Both the position numbers and the translations under genes were made by a program. From the NCBI GenBank assembly GCA_965206695.1, contig CBDBKM010000010.1:1-64000 (forward strand): a stretch of DNA of 64,000 nt, read 5' to 3'. The notes below the pieces were generated by a model. The model was not told the origin of the DNA, did no database searches, and was given only the letters and a program-made list of their open reading frames with translations. The stretch comes from Chlamydiales bacterium. Its GTDB lineage: Bacteria > Chlamydiota > Chlamydiia > Chlamydiales > JAAZZY01. How positions within the stretch are numbered: position 1 is the first letter of the stretch; each line of letters begins with the position of its first letter. Positions 32,274-41,623 of this stretch are shown piece after piece.

Positions 32274-33914
32274 ATGAATGATACTCCCACTTTAGCTAAC
32301 ATAGGGGGAGGAAACTACCCTTTAGCTTTGAAATATTTAGATAAAGATCTATTGCAAGATATGAATGCTTTAGCGAAATATTTTGGAATAGCTGTTCTAA
32401 ATGATTTAAATTCTTTTCTCTTCGTTAAAGAATTGGGCGTGAAAATGCCTTACCCTTTTGTAAAAAAACATTGTCTTATTCCACTAGTAGATAAAGATGG
32501 AAAACTTATCATCGCCATATCACATCCCCTTAATTTGGATGCCATTGAAGAAGTACGGCAATTACTCGATCGATCGGTTGAGGTGATGTATTGTCCTAGT
32601 GATATAATCATTACTGCTATTGATAAAAATTATCATCAAGAAGAAGGAGCTACTTCTCGATTGATACAGGATTTATCTCAAGCAGTAAAATCTAATACTT
32701 CAGAAGACGTTGAGTCATTGGATCTACTAGATGATAGAGAAAAAACCCCTATTGTAAAGCTCTTAAATTTTCTTATTCAAGAAGCCGTATGTCAAGGTGC
32801 TTCCGATATTCATTTTGAACCTTATGAGGATCGCTTACGTGTCCGTTACCGTATCGATGGAGTTTTACAAAATCGTCACGCTCCTCCTCCTGAATATCGC
32901 CTTCCATTACTTACTCGCATCAAGGTGATGGCAAAATTAGATATAGCAGAACATCGATTACCTCAAGATGGCCGTATTAAATTAAAATTGGGCGGTAAAG
33001 AAATCGATTTTAGAATTAGTACTATTCCTATATCTGAATCAGAACGCATCGTTATGCGTATACTGGATAGAAAAAATATTACTTTAGGATTGAATACAAT
33101 AGGAATGGGTAAAAAACTCCTTTGCAATTTTAGGGATCTTATTCGTAGGCCTGAAGGAATTGTTTTGGTCACCGGCCCTACGGGGAGCGGAAAGACAACA
33201 ACTCTCTATAGCGCTATTTCAGAAATTTACAGTGAGTCTTTAAATATTATGACGATAGAAGATCCTGTAGAATATAAATTACCCGGTATTGCTCAAATGG
33301 GAGTGCATGCCAAAATCAACTTGGATTTTTCTCGTGGCTTAAGACATATTCTTAGGCAAGACCCTGATGTCATTATGATTGGTGAAATACGAGATTTAGA
33401 AACAGCAGAAATTGCGATCCAAGCGTCTTTAACCGGTCATCTTGTTGTAAGTACACTACATACTAATGATGCTCCCTCTGCTATTACCAGATTGGTAGAT
33501 ATGGGTATTGAGCCCTATTTACTTTCTTCTTCAGTCATAGGTGTATTAGCTCAGAGGCTGGTAAGAAAAATTTGCTTGCACTGTAAAGTTTCATATGAAC
33601 CTTCTTCTGAAGAATGTTCGGAAGTTCGTATATTAAAAGGTACTAAAGCGATAATGTTTGCTAAAGGTTTGGGATGCGAACATTGTTTTGGTACCGGTTA
33701 CAAGGATCGTCATGGCGTGTACGAACTTATGGTGATTAGCTCATCTTTAAAAAGGCAGATGATGAAAACTTTAGATCACACTAAACTTAAAAAACTGGCT
33801 TTAAAAGAAGGCATGTTCAGTTTACATACTCATGGTAGTGAATTAGTTTTAGCAGGTATTACAACAGTAACAGAACTTCTTAGAGTAACAAAAGAAACGG
33901 AAGAAGAAGGGTAA
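32274..33914 (+). CDS. gspE: Type II secretion ATPase GspE
   Basis: ASDIHFEP, LDIAEHRLPQDGR, GPTGSGKTTTLY, LRQDPDVIMIGEIRD, STLHTND, Cys4 motif. Confidence 0.97.
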   Translation: MNDTPTLANIGGGNYPLALKYLDKDLLQDMNALAKYFGIAVLNDLNSFLFVKELGVKMPYPFVKKHCLIPLVDKDGKLIIAISHPLNLDAIEEVRQLLDRSVEVMYCPSDIIITAIDKNYHQEEGATSRLIQDLSQAVKSNTSEDVESLDLLDDREKTPIVKLLNFLIQEAVCQGASDIHFEPYEDRLRVRYRIDGVLQNRHAPPPEYRLPLLTRIKVMAKLDIAEHRLPQDGRIKLKLGGKEIDFRISTIPISESERIVMRILDRKNITLGLNTIGMGKKLLCNFRDLIRRPEGIVLVTGPTGSGKTTTLYSAISEIYSESLNIMTIEDPVEYKLPGIAQMGVHAKINLDFSRGLRHILRQDPDVIMIGEIRDLETAEIAIQASLTGHLVVSTLHTNDAPSAITRLVDMGIEPYLLSSSVIGVLAQRLVRKICLHCKVSYEPSSEECSEVRILKGTKAIMFAKGLGCEHCFGTGYKDRHGVYELMVISSSLKRQMMKTLDHTKLKKLALKEGMFSLHTHGSELVLAGITTVTELLRVTKETEEEG

Positions 33915-33919
33915 TTTAT

Positions 33920-35104
33920 ATGCCGTTATATTATTACCGAGCTATAAACAAAAATTCAAAATCTCATAAAGGTTTTATAGATGCTCATTCTGAAGAAGAG
34001 GCGAGGGAAAAATTAAGAGCTTTTGGAGTAATGGTTACTGAGATTCGATCAAAAGCATATTTTGGTCTAAACCATAAGGTTTCAAAAGAAGCGGTACTAC
34101 TTTTTACGATTCAACTCTCTCAGCTCTTACATGCCGGCCTTCCTCTTTATGAGAGTTTACTGACATTAGAAGAACAACATCGAGGTGAAAAATTACAGCA
34201 TATCCTGTTGCGGATATGTGATAAAATTAAAGCCGGATCTTCATTATCGGAAGCCTTCAATTTATTTCCTGAAAGTTTTAATATGCTTTATCGTTCTATG
34301 ATTGCTGCAGGGGAACAAGCCGGGGCTCTAGAAGCTGTTTTAGATAAGCTGGCAGTACTTTATAGTCGGCAGTTAAAGATACGTAAACAGCTTATGGGTG
34401 CACTTTTGTATCCCATGATTTTAGGTGCTTTTTGCCTTTTGTTAATCATCTTACTTGTTACGTTTATTGTTCCATCTTTAGAAATGTTTTTTGAAGGGAG
34501 GCAATTAAAACCTTTTACGCAGGTCGTGTTGGTAATCAGTTACTTTCTTAGGCAATTTTGGTGGATTTATATGCCTATTTTGGTTGCTTTGATCGGGTTT
34601 TTAGCCATTAAATTGAGAACGAGAAAAGGAAAAGCCTTTATCGAAAGTCAATTGATACGCCTTCCCATCTTAGGACGGCTTATTATAGAGATATCAATTT
34701 CGCGTTTTGTTCACACTTTGGGCACGCTCTTAGATGGTGGAGTTAATTTAGTAGAAGGTTTAGAATTATCCAAAGGAACGATATTGAGTACGGCTTTAGA
34801 GGAGGTGGTTTCAAGGGCTAGGGAAAAGATTATGCAAGGAAGTTCTTTAAGTGTTGAATTGGCAAAATCTGTTTTGCTTCCACCGATAGTTATTCGAATG
34901 CTTTCTATAGGTGAAGAAAGTGGTAGTATGTCACATACATTGGAAAAATTATCTGATATTTACGAGTCAAAAGTAGAAAAAACTTTAACTAGGCTTACCA
35001 CATTAGCTTCACCCATTATGTTACTAATTATGGGTATAGTAATTGGCTCGATTATGTTAGCTGTCCTATTACCCCTTACAGATGTAAGTTCATTTACAGA
35101 TTAA
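33920..35104 (+). CDS. gspF: Type II secretion inner-membrane platform GspF
   Basis: MPLYYY start; AGEQAGAL; LLYP; IGEESG; three TM segments. Confidence 0.95.
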   Translation: MPLYYYRAINKNSKSHKGFIDAHSEEEAREKLRAFGVMVTEIRSKAYFGLNHKVSKEAVLLFTIQLSQLLHAGLPLYESLLTLEEQHRGEKLQHILLRICDKIKAGSSLSEAFNLFPESFNMLYRSMIAAGEQAGALEAVLDKLAVLYSRQLKIRKQLMGALLYPMILGAFCLLLIILLVTFIVPSLEMFFEGRQLKPFTQVVLVISYFLRQFWWIYMPILVALIGFLAIKLRTRKGKAFIESQLIRLPILGRLIIEISISRFVHTLGTLLDGGVNLVEGLELSKGTILSTALEEVVSRAREKIMQGSSLSVELAKSVLLPPIVIRMLSIGEESGSMSHTLEKLSDIYESKVEKTLTRLTTLASPIMLLIMGIVIGSIMLAVLLPLTDVSSFTD

Positions 35105-35122
35105 ATATGGAGATTCCTAAGT

Positions 35123-35500
35123 ATGAAAATGAAAAAGAGATATGCTATTACTCTTATTGAAATCATGATTGTTATTGTCTTAATTGGAATTATCAGTAGT
35201 GCATTAGCTTTTAATTTCAAAGGGATGCTTGATAAAGGTAAATACGAAAAGACGAGATATCAAAAAGAAAAAATAGAAGAGATACTATATTTAGAACTCT
35301 TAAGTGGAAATTACTCAGCTAAAGAAGTAGAACAACATTGGAGGGAAATTGTTAAAAGAAGTCCTCTTATAAAAATAGAGAAAAATAAAGATGTTTTGGA
35401 TGGTTGGGGTAAAGAATATATGGTTCAAATTTCTGATGATGGTGAAATAGAAGTTTCTTCTTCCGGCTGGGATAGTCATGAAGAAAAACATGGAATCTGA
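35123..35500 (+). CDS. gspG: Major pseudopilin GspG-like
   Basis: KKRYA|ITLIEIMIVIVLIGII class III-like signal; DGWGKEY motif. Confidence 0.85.
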   Translation: MKMKKRYAITLIEIMIVIVLIGIISSALAFNFKGMLDKGKYEKTRYQKEKIEEILYLELLSGNYSAKEVEQHWREIVKRSPLIKIEKNKDVLDGWGKEYMVQISDDGEIEVSSSGWDSHEEKHGI

Positions 35501-36063
35501 TGATCAAATTTAAATATCATGCATTTTCGCTTATAGAGATTCTTTTATGCATGACAATTCTGGCGCTTTTAGCAGGGACGTTTGTTATAAATGGCATGCA
35601 ATGGGTGAAAGAAAGGCGGTTTCAATCGGATTTAGATCACCTTAGCGAACGCATACAACTTGCTTATGATCTCGTTTTAAATTATGATACAGATGTTTTA
35701 TTAACCTTTGAGACAAATGAGAAAGGTCTGGAGTTAAGTGTTAATCCTGATATTGATTTGGCTCCTTCTCTCAAGCCTTTTATTGTTAAAAAAGAATGTT
35801 TTAGTAGCTTGAGAAAAGTTACTTTTGATTCAAAAAATGCTAAAAAAGCGTATTTGTATATTTCATTTTTTGGAACGGATGAAAATCCATTGAGACTTTA
35901 TTTTTATCCAAAGAATAACTCGTTCGATCCCATTTGCTTATGTCTTAATAGCTTTCCGCATTTAATCCAAAGATATTTAAAGGAAATTAATACTCTTGAA
36001 AAAGCTCCTTATCCCGATGAAGTATTGCAGAAAAAGAAGACCCTATCTACTGTTGGAATTTAG
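35500..36063 (+). CDS. Minor pseudopilin (GspH-like)
   Basis: KYHA|FSLIEILL N-methylation-like motif; translationally coupled to gspG. Confidence 0.75.
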   Translation: MIKFKYHAFSLIEILLCMTILALLAGTFVINGMQWVKERRFQSDLDHLSERIQLAYDLVLNYDTDVLLTFETNEKGLELSVNPDIDLAPSLKPFIVKKECFSSLRKVTFDSKNAKKAYLYISFFGTDENPLRLYFYPKNNSFDPICLCLNSFPHLIQRYLKEINTLEKAPYPDEVLQKKKTLSTVGI

Positions 36064-36463
36064 TATTGCCTTTATTTTGTTGGCAATGACGCTGTCATTG
36101 ATTTTAAAACCTCATCTTTATCTTTTAATTTTTCAATGTCAAACGGCTCAAAAGGAGGCTCTTTCTGAATCGGCAAGGAACTATTTTTTTAAATCTGTTT
36201 ACCTCAATGCGGAGGAGATATTAAAAAAATTAAAGACCGGAGAAGGTCTTACCCTTCCTCAGATAGAAGAGATGTTTCAGTTAGATACAGTCTTAAAACA
36301 ATCAAAGACAGTTCATTATTTTATTCATTCGCATATCCATCTGGAAAAAAAAGAAGAGGATCAAACAGAGACAATGATGGTTCGAATAGAGGTGGAACCA
36401 AACAATAAAGTTAAGCAAAAACCCTTGTATTATTTCTATCAGATTCATATTGAAGAATCGTAG
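36017..36463 (+). CDS. Minor pseudopilin-like protein
   Basis: RKRRP|YLLLEFSIAFILLA, with Glu at +5 and a hydrophobic helix. Confidence 0.65.
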   Translation: MKYCRKRRPYLLLEFSIAFILLAMTLSLILKPHLYLLIFQCQTAQKEALSESARNYFFKSVYLNAEEILKKLKTGEGLTLPQIEEMFQLDTVLKQSKTVHYFIHSHIHLEKKEEDQTETMMVRIEVEPNNKVKQKPLYYFYQIHIEES

Positions 36464-36559
36464 TAGTTCTTTATTTTTAGGTAGCGTTCGTATAATCAAA
36501 GATTATCGGATTTGATGCCGGAAGCAGGCACGTTTTAAACTCTGATTAGTGCAAATAAA

Positions 36560-36802
36560 AAACATCTGCAGGAGACTAATGATTGGATGTGAGATAAGCG
36601 AAATATAAGAAAAGAGAGATTTAAAATAAATATTTGATAGATAATAGTACACCCTCTCCCGGTTCATCACAATCCTTCTTAAGGCTTTGGTCAAATGAAA
36701 GCACAAAGCTTTCATATAAAGTTGTCCTTCGACCTTCAATCGAGAAAAATGAGAAGCTCTACCCATACAAAATTTTCTTTTTAAAATACCGAAAACCTAA
36801 TC
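36560..36802 (-). mobile_element. IS5-family transposase C-terminal fragment
   Basis: FGILKRKFCMGRASHFSRLKVEGQLYMKALCFHLTKA resembles IS5-group C-termini; cut off by the IS630-C end at 36803. Confidence 0.55.
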
Positions 36803-37060
36803 TATACTCTTCGCTACTAAAAGGTACACAAAACAGTATAAATATGATATTAGTATTACATGAACCAAGTAACTCCACATCAAAGAAGCACTTTTGAATT
36901 TCAGGTGAAAAAACTGTGATACAAATGAACGTAAGCGTTTGTATGTGCTTCTTGCACAAGATGACGGCCCGTGTGACCTCATTGCTCATGTTCTGTGCTT
37001 AAGCCGATCGAGTGTTTATGAATGTTTGAGGGGATTGCAATCAGAAGGAAACACTCGGCA
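36803..37060 (+). mobile_element. IS630-C left-end fragment
   Basis: Homologous to the reverse complement of ~1730-1973 (TATACTCTTCGCTA...ATGAACCAAGTAACTCCACATCAAAGAAGCAC). Confidence 0.8.
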
Positions 37061-37089
37061 TTCTACCGGACGAGCAGCCTATTCAACTT

Positions 37090-37708
37090 AAGCAACGTAA
37101 TCATTCTATTGGAATGAATGTGGGCTCGGCAAGTTTTATAACAACATCCAACAGTAAAAAGAAATTTTAAAAAAATCAAAAACGTTTAAGTAAATTTAAA
37201 TCTACCGGTAAAAACAGGAACAAAAGAAGAATCAAAGTCGCCAAAATTCATTCTAAAAATATAAGACATGACTTTTATCATAAACTTTCTATACAATTGA
37301 CTCGTGAAAACCAAGCAATCATAATTGAAAGTTTAGATATTACAAGTATGTTAATCAATAAAAGATATGCGAAAGGTATATCAGATGCAGGATGGCGTTA
37401 GTTGTTAACATTTTTAAACTATACATATGATTGCTACGGAAGAAACATAGTCGAACTACCTCAGAATTTCCCCGGTACACAACGATGCTCCATATGTCAT
37501 CACAATATAGGAAAATTAGATTGCGATATAAGATCTTGGAAATGTCCCAAATGCAATACTGTGCATGACAGAGATTTTAACGCAGCCTATAGCATATATA
37601 CCGAAGGGCAGTCGGTAATTTAAGCCTTTGGAGATCGTGTTAGACAAGTATTTGCCGGCAGTGATCGTTGATAAGGAATCCCTTCCCTTTAGTGTTGGGA
37701 GCTGTCAA
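37090..37708 (+). mobile_element. tnpB: IS200/IS605 tnpB pseudogene with intact right end (omega/reRNA scaffold region)
   Basis: KVAKIH, DFYHKLS, IIIESL, ISDAGWR*, QRCSIC...WKCPKC...HDRDFNAA. The right end terminates ...GGGAGCTGTCAA. Confidence 0.85.
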
Positions 37709-37764
37709 ACGGCAAAATCTAATAATAACGAGATCATTTTTCGGATGAATCTTATGGTAAAATA

Positions 37765-38772
37765 ATGAAAAAAAGTAATCGATTATCTCAACTACTTATG
37801 AAATGTTATCACAAATATATTTGCGCCTCGCTTTACCGGACTTTAAAAGCTAAGCAAAATAAAATCTGTGATTTAGAAAATAAACTCTCTCAAATACAAA
37901 ATGAAAGAAAAAATTTTCTAAATGAAGATATGCCATTAACTGAACTCAAACATCTAATCAATCAACCCATTAATCTTCTGATATTAGGATCGATAGATGA
38001 TAAGTATAAAATCCCCGGTAATATTAGAGAGATGTTCAATGTATTTTCTTTAGATGCTATGTCTCCCAGTGAAGATAATAAGGTCACATCGATCAGTCAA
38101 ATCATAACTCCAAGACCTAAAAAGGTGCTATTTATTGAAAGAAAATTTACAGCGACATCTTCAACCTTATTGCCTTTTGAAGAATTAATAAAAGCGTATA
38201 ACCTAACATCATTTTATGAAGTTGCGAATCTCTTAGAGCAAGAAAGCACTTCTATAAATGAGATTAGTAAAAAACATCAGATTGCTAACTGGCACTATAT
38301 AAAGACCGATTTAGAAGGTTTAGATTTATCTGTTATCCAATCTATGGGGGAAGGGATAAAAAAGACTCTGCTCCTTCAAATGGAATGTCGTTTTCAACCC
38401 TTTTTCAAAAAAGAGCCATACTTTCATGAAGTAGTAGCTTACATGTTAAGTAAGGGCTTTGAACTACTTGATCTCATAACTGAAAGATGGCGTTATCACA
38501 CTCCCAATAAAGCATATGATAACTTAGGAAGAGCTGTTTTTTGTGATACTATATTTGTCAATACAGACCCTTCCATTTATGCTTCTTCTCAAGTTTTAAT
38601 TCAGGCCATGCTCTTAGGTTTATTAGGCTATGTAAATTATGCCGAATATATCTTGTCGATTGATACGAATCATGAAAAAGCCAAAAACGAATTATTAAAA
38701 TTCTTTTTTTCTAAAGCGGATAAAAAACATATGCCGCAATCACGGATGCCTCACGTAGTGCGGATTTCTTAA
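37765..38772 (+). CDS. FkbM-like (Methyltransf_21) methyltransferase with N-terminal coiled-coil
   Basis: YIKTDLEGLDLSVIQS...LQMECRF.PFFKKEPYFHEV..YMLSKGFELLD is typical of FkbM C-halves. The SAM-binding motif looks degenerate (ILGS). Confidence 0.7.
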   Translation: MKKSNRLSQLLMKCYHKYICASLYRTLKAKQNKICDLENKLSQIQNERKNFLNEDMPLTELKHLINQPINLLILGSIDDKYKIPGNIREMFNVFSLDAMSPSEDNKVTSISQIITPRPKKVLFIERKFTATSSTLLPFEELIKAYNLTSFYEVANLLEQESTSINEISKKHQIANWHYIKTDLEGLDLSVIQSMGEGIKKTLLLQMECRFQPFFKKEPYFHEVVAYMLSKGFELLDLITERWRYHTPNKAYDNLGRAVFCDTIFVNTDPSIYASSQVLIQAMLLGLLGYVNYAEYILSIDTNHEKAKNELLKFFFSKADKKHMPQSRMPHVVRIS

Positions 38773-38801
38773 ACGACCCTTTTACTCGTGAGGTTATAGA
38801 C

Positions 38802-39395
38802 ATGCTCTTAAGGCAAAGAAGATATCTCAGTCTAATGGAAGTATTAGTGGCATTAACGCTTTTTTCCATTATCTTAACTTTTCTCTTAGGGACCTATCTT
38901 TCTTTCAATCATTTAAACCGTTCTCAAGAGATTCTTCATGAGAAAGCTATTCAAAATAGGTATATGAAAACAAGACTTCAACGTATGTTTTCTTCTCTGA
39001 TGCCCAATGATGAATCAGCTGCTTTTTTGACTCTTCATTATAATAATTCTCCTTCTTTAGTATTTACCTACCATAATGGAGTGAATATCAATCCTAGGGC
39101 TTGTAATATGGTCTTAGCCGGGTTGTTTGTCCAAAGGGAGAATGAGAAAAAACATCTGTGTTTAGCTGTATGGGAAAAGCCGGAAGATTTAAAGAGGTCG
39201 CCGATCCTTCGCCAAGAAGTTTTGATGAAAGATATTGAAAAACTTCATTTCACTTTTATTGATGAAGAAAATGAACGCTCAACATGGAGTGATAAGAGTC
39301 GTATCCCTACTCTCATAGCGATTCATGTAGACAAGCAAAAAAAAAGGCAAGATTTTCTTTTTAATACTAACACCTATGATCTCGAAGATAAATAA
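38802..39395 (+). CDS. Minor pseudopilin (GspJ-like)
   Basis: RQRRY|LSLMEVLVALTLF; SLVFTYHNGV. Confidence 0.7.
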   Translation: MLLRQRRYLSLMEVLVALTLFSIILTFLLGTYLSFNHLNRSQEILHEKAIQNRYMKTRLQRMFSSLMPNDESAAFLTLHYNNSPSLVFTYHNGVNINPRACNMVLAGLFVQRENEKKHLCLAVWEKPEDLKRSPILRQEVLMKDIEKLHFTFIDEENERSTWSDKSRIPTLIAIHVDKQKKRQDFLFNTNTYDLEDK

Positions 39396-40289
39396 ATGAG
39401 TATATTACCTTTCACTTTAATCTTTATCATTATTCTGACAATGTTTTCTTCTTTAGCATTGAAAAAAACACTTTTTTATACTGTCTCTAATAAATTATAT
39501 CATCCGGATAAACAAAATGAATTTGTTTTAACGAAAAAGAAAGAGGCTTCTACAGATAATCTTAAGCCTTTAACAGGACCTCCGATTTCGGATACACTTG
39601 TACGCAAAAAGGATACTAAGAAAAATCGTATCACGTCTAAAAGAAGTTATTCCTATCATAAAAGTTATGCGAAATTGGATCTTCATGCGCTTTTGCGGGC
39701 GAATGACCCTAGACAAGATGTAACAAGGGTATTTGAGAACCTGATACGAATTTTATATTCACAAACAGATTTTTATTACGAAGGGATGGAATACGATATT
39801 ATCACACACTTATCGAAAAAATGTTGTGTCACAACTTTGAAAACAGATAAAAAATATACTCCAACCGGTTTACTTATTTTACAGAATATAGATTCTTTAT
39901 CAGAAATTGATTTTAGAGATAAATCTTTTCAATACTGCTGGTATAAAATGCTGAAAGGCTCAGGTAATACCGGAGGGTATCCTTCTCTTTTGGATTTTGT
40001 AACACTTACCCAAAAGCAGTATAATGGCTACCGTATTAATATGAACTCCGCTTCTCAACCTTTATTGGAAGCGATATTCAATCATCCGGCTTTAGCTCAA
40101 GCTATTATTGACAAACGACAAGAATTAAAAAATGAAATTTTCAATAAAGCAAACGAGCTGAAAAAGGTACAAGATAAAGAGTTTATAGATAAGTTTCAGC
40201 AAGCTATTCGCTATGATCTATTACCCGCCTATCGATACAAATATGATGATTTTCAAAACATTATCGCTATCACTAATGAAGATAAATAA
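39396..40289 (+). CDS. T2SS-associated protein (GspK-like)
   Basis: N-terminal TM; INMNSASQPLLEAIF...AQAIIDKR resembles the GspK helix-hairpin-helix region. Confidence 0.6.
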   Translation: MSILPFTLIFIIILTMFSSLALKKTLFYTVSNKLYHPDKQNEFVLTKKKEASTDNLKPLTGPPISDTLVRKKDTKKNRITSKRSYSYHKSYAKLDLHALLRANDPRQDVTRVFENLIRILYSQTDFYYEGMEYDIITHLSKKCCVTTLKTDKKYTPTGLLILQNIDSLSEIDFRDKSFQYCWYKMLKGSGNTGGYPSLLDFVTLTQKQYNGYRINMNSASQPLLEAIFNHPALAQAIIDKRQELKNEIFNKANELKKVQDKEFIDKFQQAIRYDLLPAYRYKYDDFQNIIAITNEDK

Positions 40290-40613
40290 TCTATCAAGAT
40301 CAACTCGCATAAATACCTTATTATAAATTAATTATGGACTTGCTTGGTTTCGGTCTAAGTAATTTTTAGGCTTGAGAGGTCTAAAGAACAAAATAAGGCT
40401 TTAGTTAAGCTAACTGATTGCCGCCAATGATTCTTGGCGCTTATGCGATGCTTTGCATCCGTAATAAAAAAACCGCTTATTATAAAACTTATCAAAATAA
40501 ATGAAAAATACGTTTAGACAATCAGTGAGTTTTAAAAAATATTATCAAGTCAGTTATGCAGAGGTCTTTTTGCGAAGCATGGAATGCTTTTGTTGAGTAA
40601 CACAACTCTGCTC

Positions 40614-41551
40614 TATAGTATTTTAATTTTTATTTGATAATATGTTATCCTTCTTTTTTTATACAAACAGTAAGGACAAAACAATGCCTAGAGCCTATTC
40701 AGTAGATCTTCGAGAGAAAGTATTACAACATATAGAAAAACATCATGATAAAAAAACAGCCGGCCATATTTTTCAAGTAGGTATCGCAACAATATATCGA
40801 TGGATCTTGCAAAAAAAGCAAAAAGGACATTTAAAGCCAATCCGCAGAAAATATGCTTATAAGAAATTAGATGATGAGTTGTTATCTAAATATGTAGAAA
40901 AACATCCGGATTATTTTTTATCGGAAATTGCTGATTATTTTTCAGTCACTCCGCAAACGATTTTTTATGCCCTTAAAAGATTAAAAATTACACGAAAAAA
41001 AAACTACTCGCTATAAGGAAAGAGATGAAAAGAAACGGGAAGCTTTTATGAAAGATTTAAAAAACATTCCCTTTGACAAGAGAATTTATCTCGATGAAAC
41101 CGGGATTCATCAATTTTTATTTCGTGAGTCCGGAAGAAGCTTACGCGGCAAAAAAGTTTTTGGAGCGGTTTCAGGAAACCGCTTTATAAGGCAAAATATT
41201 ATTTCAGCCCTATCTAAAGGGCAGTTTTTATCTCCAATGTGTTTTGAAGGTACTTGTAATACCGGGTTATTCAATATTTGGCTTAAGGAAGTTTTGACTC
41301 CTCAGCTTACACCCGGTAGTGTTCTTATTCTTGACAATGCCGGTTTTCACAAGTCAGCGGAAAGCAGGAAAACAGTAGAATCTGCCGGTTGTAAGCTTAT
41401 GTTTCTTCCTCCCTATTCTCCGGACTTAAATCCTATAGAAAAATATTGGGCTAATATGAAAAATAAAGTTAGAGAGATATTACGAAAAGTTACGAATTTT
41501 ACATTCGCCATTGATCAAGCAATCTTATCAATATAAAATTAAATGACTATA
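40614..41551 (+). mobile_element. IS630-A copy 4 (A9 instead of A10 slippery tract)
   Basis: Near-identical to copy 1; orfA ends KKNYSL because the tract is one A shorter. Confidence 0.95.
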
Positions 41552-41623
41552 GATCTTGGGCTAATTTATGAAATTAATTTTTAGAAATGGTGTCGGATAG
41601 TTCTTCTTCCTATATCGAGTCAT

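Noticed and set aside
40300..40570. Possible IS5/IS1106-like end (TTATGCAGAGGTCT) after the gspK-like gene
   Set aside because: Too degenerate; no partner end or convincing transposase frame.
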